NCBI GenBank assembly: GCA_965644315.1
Contig: CBFFRQ010000042.1
Location: 434,001 to 498,000, forward strand
Origin: Caecitellus pseudoparvulus
Taxonomy: Eukaryota > Protista > Bigyra: Bicosoecida
Direction of reading: 5' to 3'
Length of the DNA stretch: 64,000 nt
Positions within the stretch are counted from its first letter, which is position 1. Each line of letters opens with the position of its first letter. A program made the translations under genes and the position numbers. Below are positions 1-11,189 of the stretch, in pieces. Under the pieces are notes generated by a model, which had not been told where the DNA came from, ran no database searches, and was given only the letters and a program-made list of their open reading frames with translations.

Positions 1-110
1 CAACGGACACAGTAGCCAGACTCCGCTGTCTCTGCTGCCTTGCCTTGTGCCTCGGTTCCCTCGCTCTTTCCACTCTCTCCACACCTCACCGCTTGTGCCC
101 CACATCACAG

Positions 111-2872
111 GGAGCTCACCAACACCCTCTTCTCTGCACTGCGAGATGACAGTGTTTTTTATGACATGCCCGACAAGCTGCGACGCCCCCTCATCTTCTA
201 CTTCGCCCATCCTGCCGCTGTGTGCGTGGCAGGCGTGTGCTGTGGCTGCACCCGCCAGCGCTGCACAGCTCGTCGCCACTTGACTCTCCACAGGTATGCC
301 AACAAGCTGCAGCTGGCGGGCCTGGGCGACCACATCGACCTGCACACCCAGAAGGTGTTCGAGACAGGGGTGGACGAGATGAGCTGGGACGACATGGACG
401 GCATGCAGGTGCGCACGGCCATTCTGCAGCGTGGGACTCACGCAGCCTCGCGCCCTTCACTGCACTGCACACTGCCCACACCTGCGTGCAGAATGAAGAC
501 TTTGCCTGGCCGACAGTGCGCGAGGCCATGGACTTCCGGCAGAAGGTGCGGCCTGTGCAGGTGCTGTGTGCGGCGCAGAAGTTCCCTGCTGGCGCCCTGG
601 TGCAGGCACGCCTCCCACCGCACACACCCCCCACCTCGCACCACAGGTGTACGATGCCGTCGTGGCTCTCATCAAGTCCATGCCCGAACCTGCCAGCACG
701 CCGCTGGGGCAGGCCAGCCCGTACTGGGCACTCTTCATGGGTTTCGAGCATGAGCGCATCCACCTGGAGACGTCGTCAGTGTTGATCAAGCAGCTGCCCG
801 TGTCCAGTGTCAGGCGGCCTGGCAGGTGGCAGTACGGCCCTTCCTTTGCACGGACACCGACAGAGGCACCGGAAAACACCCTGCTGGACCTGCCCGCGAA
901 GCAGGTGGTGCTGGGCAAGCCCCAGGATTTCCCGTCGTATGGCTGGGACAATGAGTACGGCAGCCGCAAGGTGGCGGTGCCTGCCTTCAAGGCGGCTTCC
1001 TTCCTCGTCACCAACGCTGAGTTCCTGCCCTTCGTCATGGCGGGTGGGTACACCCAGAAGAAGTACTGGGTGTCCCCTGCCGGTGACGACGAGGGCTGGC
1101 GGTGGGTAACCTTCCGCAACGCCACCCACCCCTCCTGGTGGGTGGCCACCAAGGCCATGCCCCAGTTCATCGGCGGCAAGCCCGGCCTGCCCTACCAGAA
1201 GGACGACGGCACAGAGGCTGCAGGGGACGGGGCCCAGTTCCGCCTGCGCGTCATGTTCGACATCGTGGACATGCCTTGGGACTGGCCGGTGGAGGTGAAC
1301 TACCTCGAGGCGCGTGCCTTCCTCAACTGGAAGGAGGAGTGCGCTTGCGGCGTCAAGTTCCGCATGCCCACAGAGGCAGAGTACCACGTCCTGAGGGCTG
1401 ATCCCTGTGCGCTGCCTGGCAGCGACACAGCGCCCGATGCCACTGCCGTGGCCGGAGGCGGCGCGGCCGGCTGCGTCCCTCGGCGCAGCGGCCCCGGGCT
1501 GCTGGCCCGGGAGGGTGACCCTGAGACGGGCCACTCCCCCATCACGCCCAGCCTTGAGGCGGGTTCCACAGACTCCCTGTCTGGCAAGGTGGACGTGATC
1601 ATGCAGGCGCAGGCGCCAGGCAACGTGAACATGCGCTTCGGCTCCAGCACGCCGGTGGACATGTTCCCACCCTCTGCCGCCGGCGCATTCGACACGCACG
1701 GCAACGTGTGGGAGTGGGCAGAGGACCACTTCGGCCCCCTGCCTGACTTCAACATCCACTTCCTGTACGACGACTTCTCCACGCCCTGCTTCGACGGCTG
1801 GCACACAATGATCCTGGGCGGCTCCTGGGTGTCCACGGGCGACCAAGCCTCCAACTTTGCTCGCTACGCCTTCCGTCGCCACTTCTTCCAGCACCTGGGT
1901 TTCAGGTACGTCGCCCTGCCTGGGGATGCCAAGGAGCCGTTCCCTGGCTGCGCCACGGTGGCCAACCTGTGGGAGGGGCATGGCGCGCTCAGTGCTGACC
2001 TCACAGATGGTTACGCACCCCTGCCAGAGCGCCTGCCCTCCTTGGCACCCGCCACCCCCGTGCTGGACTACTCGCCCGAAGAGCCTGGCACACTTCTCGG
2101 CATGGCAGCAGACTACCCCGCCCAACTGGCCCAGCTGGTGAAGGCCGCGTACCGGGGTGCAGTGGGTGGAGACGGCAGCCCCACCAGCTCAGACGGCGTG
2201 CCGGCAAGCCAAGCCAAGGTCTTGCACCTGGGCTGTGGCGCGGGGGGTGGCACGCTGCAGCTGTGTGCGTACTTTGGCCTGGTGGTGGGCGTGGATGCGT
2301 CGGAGCCCCACATCCGCCACGCCCGGGTGTTGCAGCACCACGGCTTGCTGGAGTACCAGCGCACGAAAGAGGGTGTGCTCACCACCACGGCCAACATCAC
2401 TGTCCCAGCAGCCTTGCCCAGGCACAGGGCCGTGTACGCGCTGAGTGCCCTGGAGGAGCTGTCGGAGGAAGTGTGGGCCAAAGCACCCTACGATGTCGTG
2501 GTGCTGGACCGCGTGCTGGACGGCATGGCCAAGCCCCTGGCTCTGGCCAAGGCCCTGCCACGCCTCGTGCGGCCTGGCGGCAAGGTCGTCGTGGCCTCTG
2601 CCAACAACTGGGACGCCAGCGTCACCCCCCGCAACTCCTGGCTGGGCGGCTTTTGCATGAACGGGGAGGAGTTCACGACGCAGGCCATGCTGCAGCACAC
2701 GTGGAAGCACCAGCTGTCCCTCGTCTCCTCAACAGACGTCCCGCGCCTGTCTCAAGCCTCCCCGCGGCAGTTCACGCTGCAGGTGGTCCAGTGCACTGTG
2801 TGGTCCAGGGAGGAGAGTGCACCCGAGGCAGGCCAAGGGGAAGTGGAGGACGTCTCACTGGAGAAAGCGTGA
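111..2872 (+). CDS. ovoA: 5-histidylcysteine sulfoxide synthase (ovothiol biosynthesis): DinB-like + FGE-sulfatase + SAM methyltransferase domains; 5' end probably upstream of the window
   Basis: Spliced exons ~111-221, 293-408, 492-545 and 647-2872 give RPLIFYFAHPAAVYANKL, FETGVDEMSWDD, the Fe-binding HERIHLETS, GNVWEW, YDDFSTPCFDG and RYAFRRHFFQHLGFRYV. A C-terminal LGCGAG methyltransferase domain follows. Confidence 0.9.
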
Positions 2873-3195
2873 GTGGCGTCTCTGTCCTGCTCAATGCATG
2901 CTTGTTTGTGGGCGGCTCTCTGTGCACAAGGCACACAGCCTTGACACGGGCCACACGCCAGGGTCCGTGCTAGTGACGCTGGCACTGCAACGTGCCCATG
3001 CAGACACTACTCAGTCATTCCAGCCCCGCACCGCGTGAACCAACTCACCCCCTCACGCGCTTGAGCTTGCCCTCCTCCTGACCACTCAGGTGCGGCTCAC
3101 CGGCGTTTCGCCTGCTGCACTGCACCCACGCACCTCCACCTGCGCCCTGGCCCCTCACAGGCTCCGTCTGCACACCTCCACGACAACTGTCCGCC

Positions 3196-3965
3196 ATGCC
3201 TGCCGACATCAACCACCAGTCCTCCAGCATCTCCTCCCAGTCCTCCCGCAAGGTGAACAAGGACCCCTTGTGCAAGCCAGTCACGGATGCCTTCGACTAC
3301 TTCTTCAACGAGACCGTGTTCGGTGGCTCTCTTGCTGCTGAGTTTGGCGCCCTCTTCAACTTCCTGTTTGGCCATGTCATGTTCTGGGCGGTGGGCCTGC
3401 CCACCATGCTGGACTATGGCTTCGAAGAGACACGCAACGGAGACAATGGTGTGTGTTTGGTGCTTGCGTGCTCACTGGACTGCAGCCTGCAGCGCCTGGC
3501 CCTCTCACCAGCATGGCGTGAGCTGAGCCAGAAGCTGTGATTAACATAGCATCTGTGGTGCTTTAGCAAGTGCTCAAGGCCGCCTGCAGCGCCCCGGGCT
3601 CTACCTGTGTCTTATGTCCCATTTCCGCACTGGCCTCACCCTGCCCGCCACCACCCTCCCCCTCGCAGACGTGACCCCCTCAGGCCTGAAGGGCAGCGGC
3701 GCCTTCATTGTGACCCTGGTGCTCATGGTCATCGCCACCGTGATCTTCGTGACAAAGATGGTGAGGCCTCCCCCGTACCCGTCTGCACGCGCGCGCACAT
3801 GCATTCCCGCCGCTGGATCGCCCACCGCAGTACTACCAATTCGGCATCGTCTCTGAGCGCCTGCAAGCCAAGGCCGCCGCCGAGGAGGCCCACCGCGAGC
3901 GAATGGCCAAGCTGCGCAACGCACGCAGCGCCCAGGCTGCCGGCACTGGTGCCGCCGCCGAGTAA
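3196..3965 (+). CDS. Small hypothetical membrane protein, spliced
   Basis: Exons 3196-3448, 3669-3760 and 3831-3965 are phase-compatible. Hydrophobic segments include FGALFNFLFGHVMFWAVGL and AFIVTLVLMVIATVIFV. A probable 5'UTR intron lies at 3090-3160. Confidence 0.6.
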
Positions 3966-4194
3966 GCTGCCTTGTCTGTGGGCGGGTATCCAGTGCGGCG
4001 CCACAGGTGCTGGCTGGTCCCCGGCTCACGCCCCCTCCCCACCCTAACCCTTGGGTGTGTGCAGAGTGGACCGCTTCACAATGCACGCCTCATACTCAAC
4101 ACGCTGCATCCCTGCAGCCAAGCATGCCTCTGCCAGGCACTGCTCGCTGCCGATGCTGCTTCAGGCAGGGACGGCGTGGCCAACTGCAAGCGAA

Positions 4195-6751
4195 ATGGCA
4201 ACTCTTGTGGTCGCCACAGCCCGGCTTGGCGGGGACCCTGGCGATGACGCGGCGAATCCTGGCCAACCAGCGGCATACTTGCTCCGCACCAGCACAGGGG
4301 AGAAGTACGGCCTCCCACCAGGCGAGACCGTCATCGGCAGGGTGGAGCCAGCAGATGTGGTCGTCGCCGATGCAGCTGCCATCAGCAGCAGGCATGCCAG
4401 GATTGCCATCAACGACGAGACAAGGGTGGCAACACTGACTGATCTGACTTCCTCCAATGGTTCAAGGCTGCTGTTCGAGGATGGTGGGTGCGCTGCGACT
4501 TGTGGAGTTTCGCCAGCGTTTGCCCCGCATTGGGCTGCCCGAATCAACCCGCCCAGGTGCGGACATCAAGCTGAAGCCCGGCGTTCCCGAGGTCATCCCC
4601 CTGACAAACTCCATCATTCTGGGAACTGAGAGCTTCGTCTTTGAATGGGTCGACATGCCTGAGGAAGAGCCAGCCGCCGCAGCTGAAGTGTGCGTGCCAT
4701 GGCCTGGGATGCCTGGCCCACTGTGCCCCACAGCCCCCGTCCCTGCGCGCAGAGATGGACAACCAGGCCCCACTGTACCATACGCTCCGCCGACATTGGA
4801 CGTTGTGGCTGCTCATGGAGCAGCTGCAGACGAGTTGGAGCAAGAGGACAGCCTGGAGGCGACGCTGCCCTTCCCTGGCGCCAACGCTGACTCTTCCTTG
4901 TTGGGGACAGCCCTGGGCGGCCGCGAGCAGGACCTGGACGTTGATGATGACTTGGCGCCCACGATCCCCTTCTCTCATGATGAGTGCAGCTTGCCGCCCA
5001 CCATCCCCTTTCACCCTGAAGACGCCCTGCCCACTCCGACGGGGACTGGCGGCACACCTGCGCCCGTCCACGCTGCGGCGAGTACTGCACTGCAAGGTCT
5101 GAACGTAAGCGTCATCAGTGATGCATCAGAGGAGCTGCTGCCAGCTGCAGCAGCTCTCAAGCTGTCTGGCAACCAACATGTGGCGCCTCAAGTGGATGAG
5201 GGGGGTGTGGCGGGGTCGGACGAGGTGGGTGAGGGGGGTGTGGCGGGGTCGGACGAGGTGGGTGTGGGGGGTGTGGCGGGGTCGGACGAGGTAGGTGAGG
5301 GGGGTGTGGGGGGGTCGGACGAGGTGGGTGAGAGGGGTGGGGCGGGGGCGGACGCGGTGGGTGTGGGGGGGGTGGCGGGGTCGGACGAGGTAGGTGAGAG
5401 GGGTGTGGCGGGGTCGGACGAGGTGGGTGAGGGGGGTGTGGCGGGGTCGGACGAGGTGGGTGAGGGGGGTGTGGCGGGGTCAGACGAGGTGGGTGAGAGG
5501 GGTGTGTCGGGGTCGGAGGAGGTGGGTGAGGGGGGTGTGGCGGGGTCGGACGAGGTGAGTGAGGGGGGTGTGGCGGGGTCGGACGAGGTAGGTGAGGGGG
5601 GTGTGTCGGGGTCAGACGAGGTGGATGAGGGGGGTGTGGCGGGGTCGGACGAGGTGGGTGAGGGGGGTGTGTCGGGGTCGGACGAGGTGGGTGAGAGGGG
5701 TGTGTCGGGGTCGGACGAGGTGGGTGAGGGGGTGTGGCGGGGTCAGACGAGGTGGGTGAGGGGGTGTGGCGGGGTCGGACGAGGTGGGTGAGGGGGTGTG
5801 GCGGGGTCGGACGAGGTGGATGAGGGGGGTGTGGCGGGGTCGGACGAGGTGGGTGAGGGGGGTGTGGCGGGGTCGGACGAGGGTGACTCTGGTTCGCGTG
5901 ACAGCGCCAGTGGCAGTGGCGAAGGATATGCGCAGGAGAGCTCAAGCCCCGCGCCAGCCCAAGAGGCCACAAGTCGCCCACTTCGCAGCAGACGCACCAG
6001 GGCGCGACGCGGTGCAAAAGAGCAGGAGCAAGTGAGAGTGTGTGTCACGCACATGGAAGTGACGCGCAAGATTCGGCGCGACGTGGCCAAGTTAGGGGGC
6101 ACCCTTGTCAGTGACCCAGCCAAGGCCACCCACTTGGTGTCCGACGCTCTTCAGCGCACCGTCAAGTTCTTGTGTGCATTACAGCGCACCCCCCACATCG
6201 TTGGCGCCGGGTGGCTGGACCTCAGCGTCGCCGCTGGCAGCTGGCTGGACCCCACGTCTCCTGACCATGCCGAGCTGTGCCAGCTGAAAGATACGAAGCA
6301 GGAGAAGGCGCTGGGCGTTCGGCTCGCTGAAGTCCTGGACAGGCGGCGACAGAGCCCTGGCTTGCTCTTTGATGGGTGGGTGGCACACATCCTGCCAGGA
6401 GCAGCTGAGCTCCCGGGTCCTTCGGTGGCCGACTTGCGGACAATGCTGCAAGCTGCAGGCGCTGTTGTGCGCAAGTCTGCCCCGGCGGCTTCCAAGGCAG
6501 GGGGGGGGCAGGTACTCGTCATCGGGAGCAGCGCCGACGTCGCAAGCCTGTCAGAGGCCGTGAAGGGCAAGCTGCAGCACCCGGTCGTGCAGCCTGCGTG
6601 GGTGGTGGAGGCGCTGTTCAGGCTGCAGTTCCCGTGGGACATGCACGACCTGCTCGCAGGCGACGTCCCCGCCCCCGCCCCAGCTGCCCGAGGCACCAAA
6701 CGAAGAAGCAAGCGCGCGACAGCCCCCGCTGCCAAGCGCTCTCGCAAGTAG
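4195..6751 (+). CDS. MDC1-like DNA-damage mediator: N-terminal FHA, acidic repeat region, C-terminal tandem BRCT; frame disrupted inside the repeat
   Basis: FHA motifs are VIGR, ISSRHA and SSNGS. An intron lies at 4484-4556. The BRCT segment ATHLVSDALQRTVKFLCAL...GWL matches the MDC1/PTIP-type RTVKFLCAL motif, followed by a second BRCT (LQAAGA...WVVE). Confidence 0.75.
5192..5885 (+). repeat. Coding minisatellite, 33-bp unit, about 21 copies, encoding GEGGVAGSDEV
   Basis: The unit GGGTGAGGGGGGTGTGGCGGGGTCGGACGAGGT is repeated with point variants. Three consecutive units near 5725-5800 are 32 bp. Confidence 0.95.
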
Positions 6752-6771
6752 TGTCAGGGCAACGCTTCGCT

Positions 6772-7794
6772 TCACTGGCCCGCCGCCGCCGTGGGCGCTG
6801 GCGAGACTGGGTGGGCGGCGCCTGCCACTGGCACGCCAGTGGTGGCATGCGGCTGCTGGAAGGCAGAGTCCACCACCACTCGTTGGCTTTGTGTGTTCAC
6901 GAGGTTGAAAGTGTCTGCGTGCCCGTACCAGTCCGCCAGCTCTATGGCCGTGTGGCTGAGGCGTGTGACGGCGTCTAGTTTGCTCCCTGCAGCCTTGAGC
7001 ACCTTCACGCACTCGACACGGCCATATTCACAGGCAGTGAGCAGTGGAGTGTATCCCGTGCGCTGTGAGTGAGTGGGGCGAGGAACGGCTGTGATGTGTG
7101 TGAATGCAGCGAGAGCTGAGCCAGCCAGCGCCTTACGTCGGCTGCGTCCCACACGTCGCTGGTGGTTTGGTCAATGAGGCGGCGTAGGACCTTGCCTGTC
7201 AGCCCAATGGCACCCCAATGAAAAACGTTGCGTCCGCAAATCTGCAGGAGAGCGGCGGCGCTTGGAGTGGCTGCCAGAGTTGCCATGGCCATGGTGGCGT
7301 TTCGCCAACGCACATCTTGCTGCGCCAAGTCCGCGCCAGCGTCGGCCAGCAGCTGAACGGCATAAGCATTGGACCGTTGGCAGGCGATGTGCAGGACAGT
7401 CTGGCCTGTCTCCGGCTGTGCAAGCGGCGGCAGCGGCAGTGCTGCGTGCAAGGCGCCCCTTGGCAGCGTGGGCGGGGCAGCTCACCAGGGCAGCGTTAAC
7501 ATCTGCGGCATGGTTCAAAACCAGCTGCCGCACCATTTCAAGCGCGTCCACGTTTTCCACAGCACACATAAGAGGCGTGTAGCCACGGCTATCTCGGGCC
7601 TCGAAAGCCATGGGGTCCCTCTCCAGGATCGCCGCAAGCGTGTCCACTTCGCCGTACATGGCAGCAGCGTGGATGGGTTTCACGACGGGCAGTGGAGGGT
7701 TGCCAGTGGGGGAGGTCTCCATGCCGCTTGTGCCGGCTGCACCCGCAGAGTGGGCAGACAGAGCAGCTGCTGCAGTGGGGTTCTTGGCTTCCAT
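6772..7794 (-). CDS. Ankyrin-repeat protein, spliced
   Basis: Ankyrin motifs KPIHAAAMYG, GYTPLMCAV, GQTVLHIAC, GRNVFHWGA and GYTPLLTACEYG are spread over exons in different frames separated by GT-AG introns. Confidence 0.85.
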
Positions 7795-7991
7795 GATTGC
7801 CGGTGAGTGTGTGGTGCATGGGGCTGGGCGGTCTTTGGCGGTTCAGTGAATTGTGCCCACATCGCCCGGGTGTGCCAGCCGCCCCCTGCCAAGAGCCAGA
7901 GCAGGCGGGCCTTAGCCCAGTTGCAGGCCGCACCCGGCACTGCACAAACGAGCCTGCATTGGCGCCCCTCGCCGCGCCACGTGAGCGCGCT

Positions 7992-10355
7992 CTACCACAC
8001 GAACTTGCCACCGTTGCGGCGGTGCTGGGCGCCGGCGTCCCATGCGGCACTGCCCTCAGCCCGCCCACCAGCCCGTCTGCTGCCCCCACCGCGCTGCCCA
8101 CTGCCACGGAAGCCAGACCAGAAGTCATCCCCCCCTCTGCGCTGCCCGTCGCGCCCCCCCTGCCTCGATTGCGAGCGTTGCCCGCCAGTGTACCCTCCCC
8201 GAGCTCGCTGCTGGCCGTGGCGCCCTGACCCGCCGCCATTGCCCCACCCTTGGCGGTGCCCACCCCGACCACTGCCACCGCCACGTGGCCTCGCCCCCAT
8301 GGCGCGTGCCGACTGCAGGGTGGTGGCCACTGAGGAAGGCAGGCGGGGGGCGACACGCAGAGTGCCTGACGTGTCCGCTGCCACGATGGCGCCAGCCAGG
8401 TGCGCAGGCACGTCAAAGACAGTCGTGCCGCGCCGCTCCAAGGGGTCCTCCACGGCCCCCTCTTCAGCCTGGGCGCTGTCTCCGCCCAGAGACATGTACT
8501 TGGCTGCGATGCGCAGCGGGTCCCACTCGCCGCTGCCCGCCACACCGGCGGCATCGCAGGCCTGCTGCAGGTCCTGCAGGAACTCAGGCCGCAGCCTGTG
8601 CATGGGCGCGGGCGGCACCCATGCCAGTGTCACCTGCCGTCCGTTGCCCGTGAGCAAGGAAGCGGTGACATCCTCAGCGGCGCCGACGCCCAGCGCCGTG
8701 GCTGCGAGGGCAGTGCCGGCGACAGTGCCATCGCCGCCCACAGCCTGCAGCAAGGTGCTGTACACCGCCTCTACACTCAGCTCGTCAGGCAAGTCCTTGC
8801 CCCGAATGGGTGCAACTTGTGCCCCGCTGCTGCGTGCCGCCCGTGCTGCCTGGCGCAGCAACTGCAGCGTCTGCTGGCGGGGCAGACCACCCTCCTCACT
8901 GCCAGCCCCGCCCAGTGTCGTCGGCAGGGCGGCGGGCGTGACGAAGTCCACGCTGATGGACAGGTTGCTGGCATACCTGCCCAGCGTGCCCCGGTCCTCT
9001 GCGTCACAGATGATGACGTTGCTGCCAGACTTACCAGCACGCCCCGTGCGACCCGTGCGGTGCACGAACGGCTCCTCGTTGTGCGGCAAGGAGGCGTGCA
9101 CGACGGCCCGCACCGAGTCGATGTCCAGGCCCCGTGCCGCGACGTCGGTGGCCACCAGCACTTGTGCCCGGCCAGACTTGAACTGCCGCAGGGCCGCCTC
9201 ACGCGCGCCCTGGGACATGTCGCCCTCCAACGCCACCAGCTGCACACCCGGGACCCGCAGGCGCCCCACTAGCTCCCGTGTCTCGCGCTTGGTCTGGGTG
9301 AACACCAGCACGGGCCCCTGCGGCGCCAGGCGCTCCAGCGCCCGGGCGACGATGTGCTCCCGCAGCGTCTCTGCGCCGTGCGCCCCGGAAGGCAGGGGGG
9401 CATCCTGGATGACCACTGCCCGGTGGTCCACCGTGGCAGGGATCTTGCTGGCTTCATCCCCCACCAGGTCCACCAGCACGGGGTCGGCGCAGTACTTGGA
9501 GGAGAGGCGGTGCACCCAGGAGGGCACCGTGGCGCTCCACAGCATGCAGGAGCGCCCCTCTGGCGTGGCGTTGAAGACCTTCTCCACGTCCTCTTTGAAC
9601 CCCATGTTCAGCATCTCGTCCGCCTCATCCAGCACGACGAAGTCACAGGCGCTCAGGTCCAGCGTGCGCCGCTGCAGGTGGTCCAGCACCCTGCCTGGTG
9701 TCCCCACCACGACGTCCACGCCCTTGCGCAGGGTGCTCTCCTGAGCAGGGAAGGGCGACCCTCCGTACACGATGGCAGCCTTCAGCCCGCGGGGCAGCAC
9801 CCGGCCAAACTCCTCCCCCACCTGCCGTGCCAGCTCGCGCGTGGGCGCCAGCACGATGGCACGCGGCAGACGACGCCCGAAAGAGTCCTCTGCAGGTGCG
9901 GATGTGAGCAGGCGCTGCGCCAGGGGGACAGCGAAGCCCAAGGTCTTGCCGCTGCCTGTCCGGGCTCGCACGACGACATCCTTGCCATCCAGGATATGGT
10001 GCAGAGTAGAGGCCTGCACTGGGAACAGCGTCGTGAACCCGGATCGCTGCAGTTGTGAAATGAGGCTTTTTTCCAAAGGGAAGTTCGTTACTGGCTGCGA
10101 TGCGCTGGCTGGGGCGTCCGCCTGCTCCAGAGTTTCGGCTGCGTTTTGCGCAGCCTCGCTTGCTGAGGGCGCCGCTTGCCACCTGCTGCTGGCACTTTCA
10201 CTGGAAAACGCCACGCCATGGCCATGCACAGGTACTAAACGAGTAGATGTAGGCACACTTGCTACCGCGACACTTCGCAAGGAGGTGCTGGCAAGCACGC
10301 CTGTCCTGGCGTTCCGGGCCGGGCTGGCACACGCGCGAACGCAGGCGGTCCACAT
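7992..10355 (-). CDS. DEAD-box RNA helicase (DDX21/RH3/RH9-like) with probable mitochondrial presequence and RGG tail
   Basis: Motifs: Q motif LFPVQ, ARTGSGKT, PTRELA, TPGR, DEADEML, SAT, ARGLDI and HRTGRTGRAG, plus a Gly/Arg-rich C-terminus. The start was placed at ATG 10355 because the longer ORF overlaps the cold-shock gene. Confidence 0.9.
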   Translation of the reverse strand: MWTACVRACASPARNARTGVLASTSLRSVAVASVPTSTRLVPVHGHGVAFSSESASSRWQAAPSASEAAQNAAETLEQADAPASASQPVTNFPLEKSLISQLQRSGFTTLFPVQASTLHHILDGKDVVVRARTGSGKTLGFAVPLAQRLLTSAPAEDSFGRRLPRAIVLAPTRELARQVGEEFGRVLPRGLKAAIVYGGSPFPAQESTLRKGVDVVVGTPGRVLDHLQRRTLDLSACDFVVLDEADEMLNMGFKEDVEKVFNATPEGRSCMLWSATVPSWVHRLSSKYCADPVLVDLVGDEASKIPATVDHRAVVIQDAPLPSGAHGAETLREHIVARALERLAPQGPVLVFTQTKRETRELVGRLRVPGVQLVALEGDMSQGAREAALRQFKSGRAQVLVATDVAARGLDIDSVRAVVHASLPHNEEPFVHRTGRTGRAGKSGSNVIICDAEDRGTLGRYASNLSISVDFVTPAALPTTLGGAGSEEGGLPRQQTLQLLRQAARAARSSGAQVAPIRGKDLPDELSVEAVYSTLLQAVGGDGTVAGTALAATALGVGAAEDVTASLLTGNGRQVTLAWVPPAPMHRLRPEFLQDLQQACDAAGVAGSGEWDPLRIAAKYMSLGGDSAQAEEGAVEDPLERRGTTVFDVPAHLAGAIVAADTSGTLRVAPRLPSSVATTLQSARAMGARPRGGGSGRGGHRQGWGNGGGSGRHGQQRARGGYTGGQRSQSRQGGRDGQRRGGDDFWSGFRGSGQRGGGSRRAGGRAEGSAAWDAGAQHRRNGGKFVW

Positions 10356-10707
10356 GGTGCCTGTCTGACTGCAAGCAGGGCGAGGCACAGCAGGTTGACG
10401 CAGGGAGGGGGGAGGTGCTGTGCATGTGGCTCTGGTGATCCACAAGTTTGAGCTGCACCGCCACGCTGAGGTTGGGCTGCAGGAAGCCGCGCGTGTGTGA
10501 CCAGGCACGCTGCAGGGCCACCCCCTGCTGCCACGCGGCAGCCCAATCGCAAGCCCCCACTGGAGGAGCTGAGTCAAATCTCTGAACCATTCTTCCACTT
10601 CACGTCTGCTCTGCTCACCCCCGCAGCCTCGCACACCCTTCGCCAGTCCCCTCACTCGCCAGCTCGCAGCTCGCGTGTTACCGGTCGTGTCACTGACTTT
10701 TGTAGAC

Positions 10708-11189
10708 ATGGCTTTCGTCGCCGTCCGCCGCAGCGCAGCGGCTGCCACCAAGTGCCTCATGGCCACTCCCACCCGCGCCATGGGCTCTCATGCTGGTGCG
10801 CTTTGCCGTGTTGATGCGCTGAAGTGGTGTGGCTTCAAATTCCGCACCCACCCCGCTGCCGCCGTGTTCAGGCTCTGTCAAGTGGTTCAACAACACCAAG
10901 GGCTTCGGCTTCATCACGCCTGCTGAGGAGGGTAGCAAGGATGGTGAGGCATTCGCTTCATCGTGCCCGAGGCCGCGTGCTGTGCATGTGCCGGCTGCCT
11001 CTTGCCACCGCAGTGTTTGTGCATCAGTCCCAGATCCGCAGCAACGGCTTCCGGTACCTGAAGGAGGGTGAGGCCGTCGAGTACGACGTGCAGACGACTG
11101 ACCGTGGTGTGGTTGCTTCAGACGTGACAGCCCCTGGCGGAGTGCCCCTGCACCTGGCACGTGAGGACAACGGGGACGAGCAGATGTGA
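10708..11189 (+). CDS. Cold-shock domain protein with probable mitochondrial presequence
   Basis: Three exons give MAFVAVRRSAAAATKCLMATPTRAMGSHA-GSVKWFNNTKGFGFITP...D-VFVHQSQI...LKEGEAVEY, containing RNP1 and RNP2. Confidence 0.9.

Noticed and set aside
5192-5885. 33-bp repeat as a CRISPR array or telomeric repeat
   Set aside because: There are no unique spacers or cas genes. It is a tandem, codon-phased repeat inside a CDS.
5157-6017. Pro/His-rich extensin-like ORF on the - strand
   Set aside because: It is the antisense shadow of the G-rich minisatellite.
7807-9744. Long antisense ORFs (645 aa here; also 11452-12999 and others)
   Set aside because: These are expected shadows of GC-rich, codon-biased genes and contain no recognisable motifs.
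10356-10781. N-terminal extension of the 929-aa helicase ORF
   Set aside because: It overlaps exon 1 of the cold-shock gene on the other strand and looks non-coding. ATG 10355 gives a plausible presequence.
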